Shown: in pieces, positions 17,934-27,396 of the stretch
How the letters are laid out: each line of letters begins with the position of its first letter
Numbering within the stretch: position 1 is the first letter of the stretch
Origin: Alphaproteobacteria bacterium
GTDB taxonomy: Bacteria; Pseudomonadota; Alphaproteobacteria; Rickettsiales; UBA3002
Length of the DNA stretch: 64,000 bases
NCBI GenBank assembly: GCA_035911175.1
Contig: JAMHWA010000018.1
Coordinates: 73,500-137,499, forward strand
Direction of reading: 5' to 3'
Program-made: the position numbers and the translations under genes
The notes under the pieces: model-generated
Databases searched by the model: none
Told to the model about the DNA's origin: nothing
Seen by the model: only the letters and a program-made list of their open reading frames with translations

Positions 17934-18307
17934 CCGTGGCCCCTTATTGCATCCAGGTATTGCACAGTCCGATATAGACCATCGACTTGTTCGATTAATT
18001 GGACAGGAATACCATTTAAAATATGGTTATGAGCATTGAGCCATGCTTTCTCATTCTCTACATGTCCGCCCATAGTGGCATCGAGACTGCGAAATGCTCT
18101 GACAAATAGAACTCCCAACTGTCCTTCTTTACTAGAGGGATCAATAAGACGTCCTTGAGTAGCCATTCTACTTACCGAAGCTTCGCTGATGCCTATAATA
18201 TCACCGAGCTGTTTGTTGCTTAGCTCCCAATAATCTTTTGCACGCAAAATTGCTTTAGTAAGAACTGCATCACTTGAGGGTGCGGTTAAAGGGGAAATTC
18301 TTGGCAT
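17930..18307 (-). CDS. Xre-family antitoxin with MbcA/ParS-type toxin-binding domain (DUF2384-like)
   Basis: HTH LSNKQLGDIIGISEASVSRM plus C-terminal WLNAHNHILNGIPVQLIEQVDGLYRTVQYLDAI; ATG at 18307 is preferred (AGGAAGG SD) over the track start at 18373. Confidence 0.8.
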   Translation of the reverse strand: MPRISPLTAPSSDAVLTKAILRAKDYWELSNKQLGDIIGISEASVSRMATQGRLIDPSSKEGQLGVLFVRAFRSLDATMGGHVENEKAWLNAHNHILNGIPVQLIEQVDGLYRTVQYLDAIRGHG

Positions 18308-18345
18308 ACAAACCTTCCTTTCATTTGAAAGTATAACAGATTCTA

Positions 18346-18359
18346 CTTGCATATGCAAG
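18346..18359. promoter_or_regulatory. Perfect 14-bp palindrome CTTGCATATGCAAG upstream of the Xre-RES pair (candidate operator)
   Basis: Read directly; a half-site-like GCTATGCAA follows 8 nt away. Confidence 0.3.
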
Positions 18360-18419
18360 TTTCTGCTATGCAACTATATTTAAGCTGCAGAAAGCATTTA
18401 ATTAATTATTGACAGCAAG

Positions 18420-19664
18420 TTAGATGGAATTATTCAGGGAAATTGCGTTTTTCAAGCCTTCAATCTTGGATACTGGCACAGCATACTGATCGGTCAGATT
18501 CTTAGGTAAGCGCTTATAAAGCTCTGCTGTTCTTCTATCCAATCGGATGCAATCAAAATAAGGCGCATAACTTGCGTGCATAATATCAACAATATCATTA
18601 GGAAGAATCTTAGAATTCTGCGTGGCTTTCGTAATCATCAGTTCAGTCGCAAGCAGCAAGAACAGATCAAAAGCTGGATAGGCCCCCATTTTGGCTTCCT
18701 TGGATTTTGCCTCTGCCTCGACAGATGCTATTTCTAGACCTAGCCATTGGGTTGTCTGGTTAATTCGCATAGAGCTGACGGCTGAGTAAGCTATTTCCCT
18801 AAGCTTTTTATTGAAATCATCCAATGAGAAGTGTCCGCTTTGAATAAACTTATCGCGATTCTCCATGATATTATCTATCGATTGCTGCAAAGCATTCGCT
18901 AATTTTTTTGCATTACCTCTTAGCCCGTTATAAAGTTGTTCTCGGTATTCTGTTTTGGCGTCAATAATGTGCTGCACTAAGTTTTCGATGTCCAAAATCT
19001 TACCAAAGAATTCTGTACGAAAAGTCTCTGCGGTTATCTCTCCCAAGAGGAATTGGAACAGTCTCTCTTTAGTCATGACTAGTTGCAAAATTGGGTAGAG
19101 GGGATCTGAAGAATCACCTTCACTTTCCTTTAAGTTCATCCAAAAAGCTTTGCTGCTCGGTCGAAACTTACCGTTTTTAATAAGCTGCGCCTCAAGTTGT
19201 CTCCGCTTAGCGCGGTTGGGAACTTTTAGCAAAATTTCTTGAACTTCCTTAATGGCATTATCTCTAAAGTCTTTGGCCCATGCATCATCCAAATTGCAGC
19301 CAAAAAAGTCGCCGTTATCACGATAAACATCGTTTCTTGCGATTATTTGATTTGTTGCAGAGGACCTAACTTCTAATTCGAACAATTCATATGGGTTTAT
19401 AATGGTTCTGCCTTTGCAGAATTCTTTGATTAAGCCTGCTCTGGGAACCGCGAATTTCTTGGAATCGCTATCTATATGGACGACTTCACCAAAAATACTC
19501 GCTGAAAAGCGTACCTCGATAATGCCTTGACCCAAAAAATTTCTTATCTCTTCAAGAGCAATAACTTTTGCAGGGTCATTGTCTAAGGCGGCAGGATTCG
19601 ATAGCGTCGAATAATCTGCTGTATCGAGATAGACTTGAAAGGGTATGCGCTCGGCGATGACCAT
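18420..19664 (-). CDS. Hypothetical 414-aa protein with a possible split PIN-like nuclease signature
   Basis: N-terminal FQVYLDTADYS and FSASIFGEV, C-terminal DIVDIMHASYAPYFDCIRLDRR, separated by a ~230-aa helical insert; AT-rich. Confidence 0.55.
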   Translation of the reverse strand: MVIAERIPFQVYLDTADYSTLSNPAALDNDPAKVIALEEIRNFLGQGIIEVRFSASIFGEVVHIDSDSKKFAVPRAGLIKEFCKGRTIINPYELFELEVRSSATNQIIARNDVYRDNGDFFGCNLDDAWAKDFRDNAIKEVQEILLKVPNRAKRRQLEAQLIKNGKFRPSSKAFWMNLKESEGDSSDPLYPILQLVMTKERLFQFLLGEITAETFRTEFFGKILDIENLVQHIIDAKTEYREQLYNGLRGNAKKLANALQQSIDNIMENRDKFIQSGHFSLDDFNKKLREIAYSAVSSMRINQTTQWLGLEIASVEAEAKSKEAKMGAYPAFDLFLLLATELMITKATQNSKILPNDIVDIMHASYAPYFDCIRLDRRTAELYKRLPKNLTDQYAVPVSKIEGLKNAISLNNSI

Positions 19665-19715
19665 CTCGTTATTAAGACATAAAATACAATTTTCCGTAAG
19701 TCTGGAATTCAGCCC

Positions 19716-19734
19716 GTGTTTACCTTGTGTTTAC
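19716..19734 (+). repeat. Tandem GTGTTTAC repeats (11-nt phase), candidate arm-type integrase sites
   Basis: GTGTTTAC at 19716-19723 and 19727-19734, same orientation and phase as the repeats near attL. Confidence 0.4.
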
Positions 19735-19902
19735 TGTTGGCTGCGTGCGAACGTATGCGAATGTATCCGCAGCTATACTGCTGCTGGCGTTATGCCGAGT
19801 AATTGCTAGGTTTTCAGAAGCCGCGTCCAGCTTCGTATCGGAACGCACACGAGCGCCTGCAACCACAAAGACAAGCATTTGATAAACATTTAAAAATCGA
19901 CT

Positions 19903-19952
19903 CTGATAAGCGTGAGGTCGGAAGTTCAACTCTTCCCGGACCCACCATTTCC
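19903..19952 (+). repeat. attR: 50-bp direct repeat (duplicate of the tRNA-Ile 3' half)
   Basis: Identical to 8812-8861. Confidence 0.85.
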
Positions 19953-20163
19953 TTTTAAATGCCAGCAATGCTCTGGTTTGTTGGAACGCATCCTGCACAC
20001 TCCCGTTCTAAAAATACGCCTAGCATTTCATAAAAGCCGCGTGCCCGTGCCGTTGTGACTCTCATTGCACAACAAGGTCAAATTCATAATAGAAAAAACA
20101 ATAGCCAAGTCGTCCATGTCTGCTAATTAAGCACTCCTGAAATTAACATGGTTGTGTTCCTTC

Positions 20164-20952
20164 ATGGGCTCGTCATTAGTGCAAATGGTGAAAGAAGTCT
20201 GGTCTGCCCGCGCGGTGGTTCACCAGCTTGTTCGCCAATATCTATTGCTACGTTACCGCCGTACAATGCTCGGCTACCTGTGGACATTGGTCAACCCGCT
20301 GCTGATGATGTCGGTGACGGCGTTTGTTTTTGCGAACCTCTTTCGTGCCGACCTTAAAACCTTTGCCGTATTCTTGTTTGCTGGCATGATTCCGTGGAAT
20401 TGCTTCTCCACCATCGTGATACAATCCTCGTGCTCCTTCATTAATAACGAAGGCCTGATCCGGAAGATTTACTTGCCTAAAATGGTATTCCCACTGAGCA
20501 CATGCATCGGCATTCTCATCGATAGTGTCTTATCGCTAGCCGCGTTGTTTATTATCATTCTCTTGATTGGTGGCCCTGCTTCATGGGCATTGTTGTTCCT
20601 GCCCGTTGCCTACCTAATCCTTTTTGTGTTCTCGTTTGGCATTGCCTTAATCATCTCGATTGCCACCGTTTACTCGCGCGACGTACAGCACGTGATTGCC
20701 ATCATCATGCAAGCACTCTTCTTCCTCACTCCCGTGCTCTACGATAAGTCGGCGATGGCTGGTAAATTCGCCTATATACTGCACCTCAACCCTCTCTCGC
20801 AATTCATCGAGCTGTTTCGTCAGCCAATCCGTAATGGCGCACTGCCTGCGCTCGATACAGTGATTGCAGCCAGCATCATGGCTATCATATCCCTTGCTAT
20901 TGGCTTGTGGTTCTTCTTCAAAAACGAAAAGAAAATCATTTTCCGCTTATGA
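20164..20952 (+). CDS. ABC-2 type polysaccharide/teichoic-acid-type export permease (Wzm/TagG/KpsM-like)
   Basis: N-terminal RYRRTMLGYLWTLVNPLL motif and 6 TM segments. The track start at 20152 is TTG; ATG at 20164 is used. Confidence 0.85.
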   Translation: MGSSLVQMVKEVWSARAVVHQLVRQYLLLRYRRTMLGYLWTLVNPLLMMSVTAFVFANLFRADLKTFAVFLFAGMIPWNCFSTIVIQSSCSFINNEGLIRKIYLPKMVFPLSTCIGILIDSVLSLAALFIIILLIGGPASWALLFLPVAYLILFVFSFGIALIISIATVYSRDVQHVIAIIMQALFFLTPVLYDKSAMAGKFAYILHLNPLSQFIELFRQPIRNGALPALDTVIAASIMAIISLAIGLWFFFKNEKKIIFRL

Positions 20953-21704
20953 CCTCACGCATCGACATCGAGAATCTTTCCGTTCGCTTCCGGCTTTATC
21001 ACGCCCGTGGCACGTCACTTAAGGAATACTTTGCAAGTATTTTTAACCCCTCCGTTATTCCAAAATCGCACACCGATTTCATGGCGGTCAAGAACCTCAG
21101 CACCAGCATCACCTCTGGCGAGCGCATTGGCATCATCGGTCACAATGGTGCGGGTAAATCAACACTCCTTAAAACCTTGTGCCGAATCTACGACCCCTCC
21201 GAAGGCAAGATCACCATTAAAGGCCGCATTGCGCCACTCATCGAGGTGGGCGCGGGCTTTCACCCTGAATTTACCGGCCGCGAGAATATCTATTTTAACG
21301 GCACCATCATGGGCTACAATAAAAAGGAGCTGGCTAAGCTTGAACCTGAAGTGATTGCGTTCGCCGAGCTTGAGGAGTTCATCGATACCCCCGTGAAATA
21401 CTACTCCACGGGCATGTATATGCGCCTCGCTTTCTCGCTGGCGACCGCTGTTCATCCCGATATTCTCATTCTCGATGAAATGTTTGCGGGTGGCGATGCT
21501 TCGTTCATCGCCCGCGCCAAAGCCCGCATGCACGAGATGATCGACCGCGCAAGCATCATGATCATGGTGAGCCACGACGAAACACTCGTTCGCAGCTTGT
21601 GCACCCGCGTATTGTGGATGGACCACGGCCAACTTATCGCCGATGGCAAGCCCGATGAAATTATCGATCGTTACCTTAAAGGGGCATCACCTTCGGCCAC
21701 GTAA
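20949..21704 (+). CDS. ABC transporter ATP-binding protein (Wzt/TagH-like)
   Basis: Walker A GHNGAGKST, signature YSTGMYMRLAFS, Walker B ILILDE; ATGA overlap with the permease stop. Confidence 0.9.
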   Translation: MTSRIDIENLSVRFRLYHARGTSLKEYFASIFNPSVIPKSHTDFMAVKNLSTSITSGERIGIIGHNGAGKSTLLKTLCRIYDPSEGKITIKGRIAPLIEVGAGFHPEFTGRENIYFNGTIMGYNKKELAKLEPEVIAFAELEEFIDTPVKYYSTGMYMRLAFSLATAVHPDILILDEMFAGGDASFIARAKARMHEMIDRASIMIMVSHDETLVRSLCTRVLWMDHGQLIADGKPDEIIDRYLKGASPSAT

Positions 21705-21759
21705 GGCGTGAAGCGCGAGCGTCGACGAAGAACCAACTCTGTCAGTTAAAAGGGTGCAC

Positions 21760-22965
21760 ATGACTCAGCGCATCGCCATTATCGGTGCAGGCCCTGCTGC
21801 ATTAATCGCGGCAGAAACACTCGCGCAGGCGGGGATGGCCGTCGATGTCTATGACCGCATGCCAAGCCCTGCACGCAAATTGCTCATTGCGGGTCGTGGC
21901 GGCCTGAACCTCACCCACAGCGAACCGCTCGAGCTATTGCTCACGCGCTATGGCGCAGCAAGCGACTGGCTCGCCCCTGCCATCCACGCCTTCTCGCCGG
22001 AAGCGTTGCGCAGCTGGTGCGAAGGGCTAGGTGAGCCAACCTTTGTTGGCAGTAGCGGCCGCGTTTTCCCGCGCAGCATGAAAGCAGCCCCGCTGTTGCG
22101 CGCATGGCTCAAACGGTTGGAAACACTTGGCGTGCGCTATCATCCGCACCACACATGGCTAGGCTGGCAGGAGGGTGCATTGCGTTTTGCAACACCTCAT
22201 GGCGAAACCATCCTCACTGCTGATGCTAGCTTGTTGGCACTGGGCGGTGCCTCGTGGCCACGGCTTGGGTCGGATGGTGGCTGGGTCACCATCCTGCGCG
22301 ACGAACATATCAGCATCGCCACTCTTGCCCCTGCCAATTGCGGATTCACCACCGATTGGTCAGAGTATCTACGCGAGCGCTTTGCGGGCCAACCTCTTAA
22401 ACCCGTTTCCATCACCCATCAGGGCATCACTCAGCAAGGCGAGGCGATGATCACCAGCCACGGCATCGAGGGCGGCGTTATCTACGCGCTTTCCTCCGCC
22501 CTGCGCGAAGCCATTACGCGTGACGGCCAAACCACCATCATGCTCGATCTTCGTCCCACCATGAGCATCGACGCCCTGCAAATGAAGCTTGGCACACGCG
22601 GCAATAAATCGCTCAGCTCGTTTCTGCGCAGCGCGCAATTCTCACCACTTGCCATTGCCCTGCTGCACGAAACCACGCCCAATGCCGCCTCACTCGATGC
22701 GCCTCAGCTTGCCGTGCGACTAAAATCTTTACCCCTCACACTCACGAACACGTTTGGCATGGCACGCGCCATTTCAAGTGCGGGTGGCATCACCCGCGCA
22801 GCGGTAAACGAGCATTATATGCTCCACGCCAAAGCGGGCGTATTCGTCGCGGGGGAAATGCTGGATTGGGAAGCGCCCACGGGTGGCTATCTGCTGCAAG
22901 CCTGTTTCAGCACGGGCGTCGCCGCGGCAAACGGTATTCTGCATTACCTCGGCAACGCCAAATGA
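21760..22965 (+). CDS. NAD(P)/FAD-dependent oxidoreductase (HI0933/BaiN-like flavoprotein)
   Basis: IAIIGAGPAALIAA dinucleotide fold, length, C-terminal GEMLDWEAPTGGYLLQ motif. Confidence 0.8.
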   Translation: MTQRIAIIGAGPAALIAAETLAQAGMAVDVYDRMPSPARKLLIAGRGGLNLTHSEPLELLLTRYGAASDWLAPAIHAFSPEALRSWCEGLGEPTFVGSSGRVFPRSMKAAPLLRAWLKRLETLGVRYHPHHTWLGWQEGALRFATPHGETILTADASLLALGGASWPRLGSDGGWVTILRDEHISIATLAPANCGFTTDWSEYLRERFAGQPLKPVSITHQGITQQGEAMITSHGIEGGVIYALSSALREAITRDGQTTIMLDLRPTMSIDALQMKLGTRGNKSLSSFLRSAQFSPLAIALLHETTPNAASLDAPQLAVRLKSLPLTLTNTFGMARAISSAGGITRAAVNEHYMLHAKAGVFVAGEMLDWEAPTGGYLLQACFSTGVAAANGILHYLGNAK

Positions 22966-23213
22966 CCTCCACGCCATGGATTGTCTATATGATCCTGTGT
23001 GCCGATGGCTCCCTATACACGGGTATCACCACCGACCTTGATGCCCGCCTTGCGAAGCATGCCAATGGCACAGGCGCCAAATACACACGCGGGCGCGGGC
23101 CGTTTCGCCCCCTCCTCACCGAGCATTATCCCAGCAAAAGCGAGGCCTCAGCGCGTGAGGCCGCAATTAAAAAGCTCCCCAGACAGCAAAAGCTGCGCCT
23201 TGCTGGGTTATGA
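22962..23213 (+). CDS. GIY-YIG nuclease family protein (UPF0213-like)
   Basis: WIVYMILCADGSLYTGITTDLDARLAKHANG...KYTRGRGP; ATGA overlap with the upstream stop. Confidence 0.85.
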   Translation: MTSTPWIVYMILCADGSLYTGITTDLDARLAKHANGTGAKYTRGRGPFRPLLTEHYPSKSEASAREAAIKKLPRQQKLRLAGL

Positions 23214-23275
23214 TAGAATAAACAAGGGCTCATGGCCGCCCTCCACCCTTCAGGGGCAAAGGCACAACAAACCCG

Positions 23276-23304
23276 TTGACAACCCGCCAATCCCCCACTA
23301 GAAA
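23276..23304 (+). promoter_or_regulatory. Candidate sigma70 promoter for rplM-rpsI
   Basis: TTGACA (23276-23281), 17-nt spacer, TAGAAA (23299-23304). Confidence 0.35.
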
Positions 23305-23344
23305 GCGCACCCTACTGCAACCATAACAACAAGAAGAGCGCGTC

Positions 23345-23806
23345 ATGAAAACGTACTCGGCAACGCCGAAAGATATTAAAAAAGAATGGGTTATGTTCGA
23401 CGCTAAAGACGTCGTGCTGGGTCGTCTGGCCAGCCATATCGCGAAAGTTTTGCGCGGTAAGCATAAGCCAAGCTTCACCCCGAACATGGATTGCGGCGAT
23501 AATGTCGTGATCATCAATGCTGACAAAGTGAAGCTCACGGGTCGCAAGCGTGGTAAAAAGGTGTACTACTACCACACCGGGTTCGCGGGCGGCATCAAAG
23601 AGCGTTCGGCTGAGAAAATCCTATCGGGTGAGCACCCAGAGCGCGTAGTGAAAATGGCGATTGAGCGCATGTTGCCTAAGGACAGCCCACTTGCGCGTCA
23701 GCAAATGAAAAACCTGCACGTGTACAACGGTGCAGAACATCCGCATGCAGGTCAGACCCCTAAACTGGTCGATTTTGCGGCAATGAACGTTAAAAACGCA
23801 CGATAA
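23345..23806 (+). CDS. rplM: 50S ribosomal protein L13
   Basis: [30 protein letters not shown]... canonical L13 N-terminus. Confidence 0.95.
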   Translation: MKTYSATPKDIKKEWVMFDAKDVVLGRLASHIAKVLRGKHKPSFTPNMDCGDNVVIINADKVKLTGRKRGKKVYYYHTGFAGGIKERSAEKILSGEHPERVVKMAIERMLPKDSPLARQQMKNLHVYNGAEHPHAGQTPKLVDFAAMNVKNAR

Positions 23807-23820
23807 TAATAGGATAGATC

Positions 23821-24264
23821 ATGGCAACGGCAGCAGAAATCGAAATCAACAACGCCCGCACCCCTACCATCGACAAATTGGGTCGTGCTTATGGCACCGG
23901 TCGTCGTAAGGATGCTACCGCCCGCGTATGGGTGAAGCGTGGTTCGGGTAAAATCACCGTGAACGGCAAAACGCTCGAGCAATATTTCGCGCGCCCAGTA
24001 CTCCGCATGATCATCAACCAGCCTTTCGCTGTGCTGCAGTCCGAAGGCAAGTTCGACGTGATGGTAACCGTTGCTGGTGGTGGTCTTTCGGGCCAAGCCG
24101 GTGCAGTGCGCCACGGCATCAGCCGCGCGCTCGATGCTTACGATCCTTCGTTCCGCCCTGTGCTTCGCAAGTCGGGCTTCATGACCCGCGATAGCCGTGT
24201 GGTTGAACGTAAGAAATACGGCCGCGCTAAAGCACGCCGTAGCTTCCAGTTCAGCAAACGCTAA
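23821..24264 (+). CDS. rpsI: 30S ribosomal protein S9
   Basis: [12 protein letters not shown]...[19 protein letters not shown]...[17 protein letters not shown]. Confidence 0.95.
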   Translation: MATAAEIEINNARTPTIDKLGRAYGTGRRKDATARVWVKRGSGKITVNGKTLEQYFARPVLRMIINQPFAVLQSEGKFDVMVTVAGGGLSGQAGAVRHGISRALDAYDPSFRPVLRKSGFMTRDSRVVERKKYGRAKARRSFQFSKR

Positions 24265-24288
24265 GCGTTTCATTTTGGAAATACCAAA

Positions 24289-24325
24289 CCCCAGAATGGC
24301 GCGAAGCCTTCTGGGGTTTTTTCTT
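24289..24325 (+). terminator. Rho-independent terminator after rpsI
   Basis: CCCCAGAA-(12 nt)-TTCTGGGG followed by TTTTTTCTTTTT. Confidence 0.7.
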
Positions 24326-24367
24326 TTTGTGTTTTCCCCTACGCACAAACATCGGTAAGGAATGGTC

Positions 24368-25402
24368 ATGAAAGCAATCAACACAGTGATTTTGGGTGCC
24401 TCGGGCTATACGGGCGCGGAGCTATTGCGCCTGCTGCAAAACCACCCTGCTTTTAAAATCGTCGCCCTCACGGGTGATAGCCAAGCAGGCAAGCCCATCG
24501 AAGCCGTTTATCCGCACTTGCGCGGCCGCAATTTGCCTGCGCTGGTGAAACATACGGAAGTTGATTTTTCACAGGTGCAATTGGTGTTCTGCTGCCTGCC
24601 CCACGGCACCACGCAGGAGATTATTGCTGGCCTACCCGCCCATATCCGCATTGTCGATCTCTCGGCAGATTTCCGCCTACAGGATGCCGCTTCCTACGAA
24701 GAATGGTATGGCCACGCCCACCGCGCGCTCGACCTACAGAAAGAAGCCGTCTACGGCCTCACTGAATTGAATCGTGAACAGGTCAAGGCGGCGCGCCTTG
24801 TTGCAAACCCAGGCTGCTACCCCACCTCCATTTTGCTGCCCATGCAGCCGCTCATTGAAGCCAAGCTCATTGATGCGCATTCCATTATCGCCAATTCACT
24901 TTCGGGCATCTCAGGCGCGGGGCGCAGCGCGAAGCAGGAGATGTTGTTTAGCGAGCTCGATAGCGGCGTCTCCGCCTATGGCATCGGCCGCCACCGCCAT
25001 GTCGCCGAGATTGAGCAGGAACTCACCGCCGTAGCGAAGCCAATCAAAATCTCGTTTACTCCGCACCTCGTTCCCATGACACGTGGCATGCTCAGCACCA
25101 TCCACGCCACACTTGCTGATGGCATCACCATCGAAAAAATCCGCGCCACACTGGCCGCGCGCTATGCTACCGAGCCATTTGTGCATGTGCTGGAAACAGG
25201 CAGCGCCTCCACCCATCAAGTGCGCGGCACCAACCAGTGCGTTATCAGCGTCCACGCGGGGCGCCTGCCGAATGAACTCATTATTGTTTCGGTGATTGAT
25301 AATTTGGTGAAAGGCGCCAGCGGCGCGGCACTACAAAATGCTAACCTGATGTTTGGTTTGCCTGAAACAACGAATCTGGAATTAACGGCGGTGTTTCCTT
25401 AA
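24368..25402 (+). CDS. argC: N-acetyl-gamma-glutamyl-phosphate reductase
   Basis: ILGASGYTGAELLRLL, catalytic NPGCYPTS motif. Confidence 0.9.
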   Translation: MKAINTVILGASGYTGAELLRLLQNHPAFKIVALTGDSQAGKPIEAVYPHLRGRNLPALVKHTEVDFSQVQLVFCCLPHGTTQEIIAGLPAHIRIVDLSADFRLQDAASYEEWYGHAHRALDLQKEAVYGLTELNREQVKAARLVANPGCYPTSILLPMQPLIEAKLIDAHSIIANSLSGISGAGRSAKQEMLFSELDSGVSAYGIGRHRHVAEIEQELTAVAKPIKISFTPHLVPMTRGMLSTIHATLADGITIEKIRATLAARYATEPFVHVLETGSASTHQVRGTNQCVISVHAGRLPNELIIVSVIDNLVKGASGAALQNANLMFGLPETTNLELTAVFP

Positions 25403-25405
25403 ACC

Positions 25406-25597
25406 CTACTGGGTACACTTATATTTGATACCGCCCGCCATGGTCATCGCGCCAGCACATTGAGCCACATCTGCGGTCGTTGTGTAGTAGGTGGTGAGAT
25501 CGAACTGGGGAGTGATTTGGCGCTGAGCGACAGATTCACTGTTGCCACATCCTGCAACAAGCAATAGGGTTATTATGCATACACCTAAACGCTTCAT
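25406..25597 (-). CDS. Small putative lipoprotein (63 aa)
   Basis: MKRLGVCIITLLLVAGCGN lipobox; the internal ATG is preferred over the track start at 25627. Confidence 0.5.
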   Translation of the reverse strand: MKRLGVCIITLLLVAGCGNSESVAQRQITPQFDLTTYYTTTADVAQCAGAMTMAGGIKYKCTQ

Positions 25598-25698
25598 GCA
25601 ACCAGCCATACACCAAATCGCGCCCAATTGCTATTAAAAATCAATCCGTTATATTTTGCAGTGCAACATAACCCATCCCGACACAGGATACATTGATC

Positions 25699-26235
25699 AT
25701 GAGCCAATCGCAAAAACCCCTGATTTTACCTTATAATGGCATCATGCCAACCATCCACCCTGATGCATGGATTGCACCCGGTGCGGTCGTGATTGGGGAT
25801 GTGCATATCGGTGCGGAAACGGGTGTGTGGTTCGGCTGCGTGATTCGGGGCGATGTGAACTCCATTCGCATTGGTGCACGCACCAATATTCAAGATGGCA
25901 CGGTCATTCACGTTACCCGCAAAACGGGGCCAACCACCATCGGCAGCGGCGTCACCATTGGCCACCAAGTGCTGCTACATGCCTGCACGCTCGAGGATGA
26001 TTGCTTCATCGGCATGGGCGCCACCATCATCGATTTTGCACAGGTGGAATCCGGCGGGTTTGTGGCGGCGGGCAGTGTGGTCACCCCAAAAAAGCGCATC
26101 CCCAGCGGGCAAATGTGGGGCGGCAACCCCGCCAAATACATGCGCGACCTGACGCCCGAGGAAACGGCCTTCATCCCCATTTCGGCGGCGAACTATGTGA
26201 AACATGTGCACGAGTACAAGGCCATGAATATATAA
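25699..26235 (+). CDS. Gamma carbonic anhydrase-family / hexapeptide-repeat protein
   Basis: Left-handed beta-helix repeats (IGDVHIGAETGVWFGCVIRGD...IRIGARTNIQDGTVIH). Confidence 0.85.
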   Translation: MSQSQKPLILPYNGIMPTIHPDAWIAPGAVVIGDVHIGAETGVWFGCVIRGDVNSIRIGARTNIQDGTVIHVTRKTGPTTIGSGVTIGHQVLLHACTLEDDCFIGMGATIIDFAQVESGGFVAAGSVVTPKKRIPSGQMWGGNPAKYMRDLTPEETAFIPISAANYVKHVHEYKAMNI

Positions 26236-26370
26236 TATATCGTTATATACCAATATATTATAAGCATATCATCCTGCCTTATTCAGGCAGAATCGTCACA
26301 AAAGCTTCACACACAAACCACCCCCCTTTTGGTAGAATTAAACTAGGAAATTCTAACCAATAGCGGTGCA

Positions 26371-27393
26371 ATGTTCGAGAACTCCAGAGACTTCCTCAAG
26401 CAGCTTGGCGTCTTCGCGCTGGGTAAAAGCTTGCTGACGTTCAGCGTGCTCGTTGCAGGTGCTGTTGGTGCGGCCACGGGTGTTGGCGCCTTAATACCTG
26501 CGCTGGTAGTGGGCGTTGGTGGCTTTGCCTTCACTGCCGTACGCCGCTTTCACAGCCAAGCAATCTATGAAGAGAACATGGTCAATCTCTACCGCGATAA
26601 CATCGCCGACCAGCTTGGCATCGCGCCCGAGGAAGTCACGCGCGCAAGCCTGAAGGAAGCAGCGAAAGACAACGAAATCATTGGAAAGGCGCTAACCCGC
26701 CAGCGCAAGAAAACTTTCCTCACGCTTGGTACTGCGGCGCTTGCAAGTGTGGTTAGCGTTGGGCTTATCGGCTGGCTGGGTGTGGCAGAAAGCTTGACCA
26801 CCATGGCAAGCGAATCATCTGTCGGCCTACTCAAGGCAATGAGCGGATTTCTTGGTGTTGGGTTTGTTGCGGGTATCAGCAACCTCATCATTCACGAGGG
26901 GCTGGATGCATTGGTCGGCTATAAATCGGGCATCAGCAAAGCAGCAGCACATGATTTGATTTACCAGATGGATCTCGAAGTTAAACGCGGCAAACCTATC
27001 AGCCGCGAGGAAGTGTTTGGCGTCATGGTCGCGGGCGATGAATCCCTGCATAATCGCATCACCAAACAATACAGCAAAAGCTACGGTAGCATGACTCAAG
27101 GGGAAAAGAGTCGCGTGCTACATGATTTGAACTTGGCAACCACTATGGACAAACTCGCCATCGCCATTTCCGAGCAGAAAGTTCGCCCAGGTTATTTGGC
27201 CTACGCGGCGGATGACCCGCGCTTTACAGCACCACGTAGCGCGAAACAGGTGGAAGACATCCCAACCCCCGATAAACCTGCACGCGCAAGTTTTGTCGAG
27301 CGCCTAGGGCTGTTACAGCACCCCAATGAGCTGGGTCATGCCGATCGCATAAGCGCGAAGGAATCGGTGCAGCTCGGTGGTGCCGCGCGCTAG
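26371..27393 (+). CDS. Hypothetical membrane protein
   Basis: ORF track; several Gly/Ala/Val-rich hydrophobic segments; no family recognised. Confidence 0.5.
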   Translation: MFENSRDFLKQLGVFALGKSLLTFSVLVAGAVGAATGVGALIPALVVGVGGFAFTAVRRFHSQAIYEENMVNLYRDNIADQLGIAPEEVTRASLKEAAKDNEIIGKALTRQRKKTFLTLGTAALASVVSVGLIGWLGVAESLTTMASESSVGLLKAMSGFLGVGFVAGISNLIIHEGLDALVGYKSGISKAAAHDLIYQMDLEVKRGKPISREEVFGVMVAGDESLHNRITKQYSKSYGSMTQGEKSRVLHDLNLATTMDKLAIAISEQKVRPGYLAYAADDPRFTAPRSAKQVEDIPTPDKPARASFVERLGLLQHPNELGHADRISAKESVQLGGAAR

Positions 27394-27396
27394 CAC

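Noticed and set aside
19720-19998. 92-aa minus-strand ORF spanning attR
   Set aside because: It reads through the tRNA-derived repeat and the island boundary and has no SD, so it is most likely fortuitous.
26236-26290. AT-rich stretch TATATAATATATCGTTATATACCAATATATTATAAGCATAT, considered as a repeat array or origin-like feature
   Set aside because: Short low-complexity TA-rich spacer with no regular repeat unit or spacers. It is more likely a promoter/terminator region between convergently unrelated genes.
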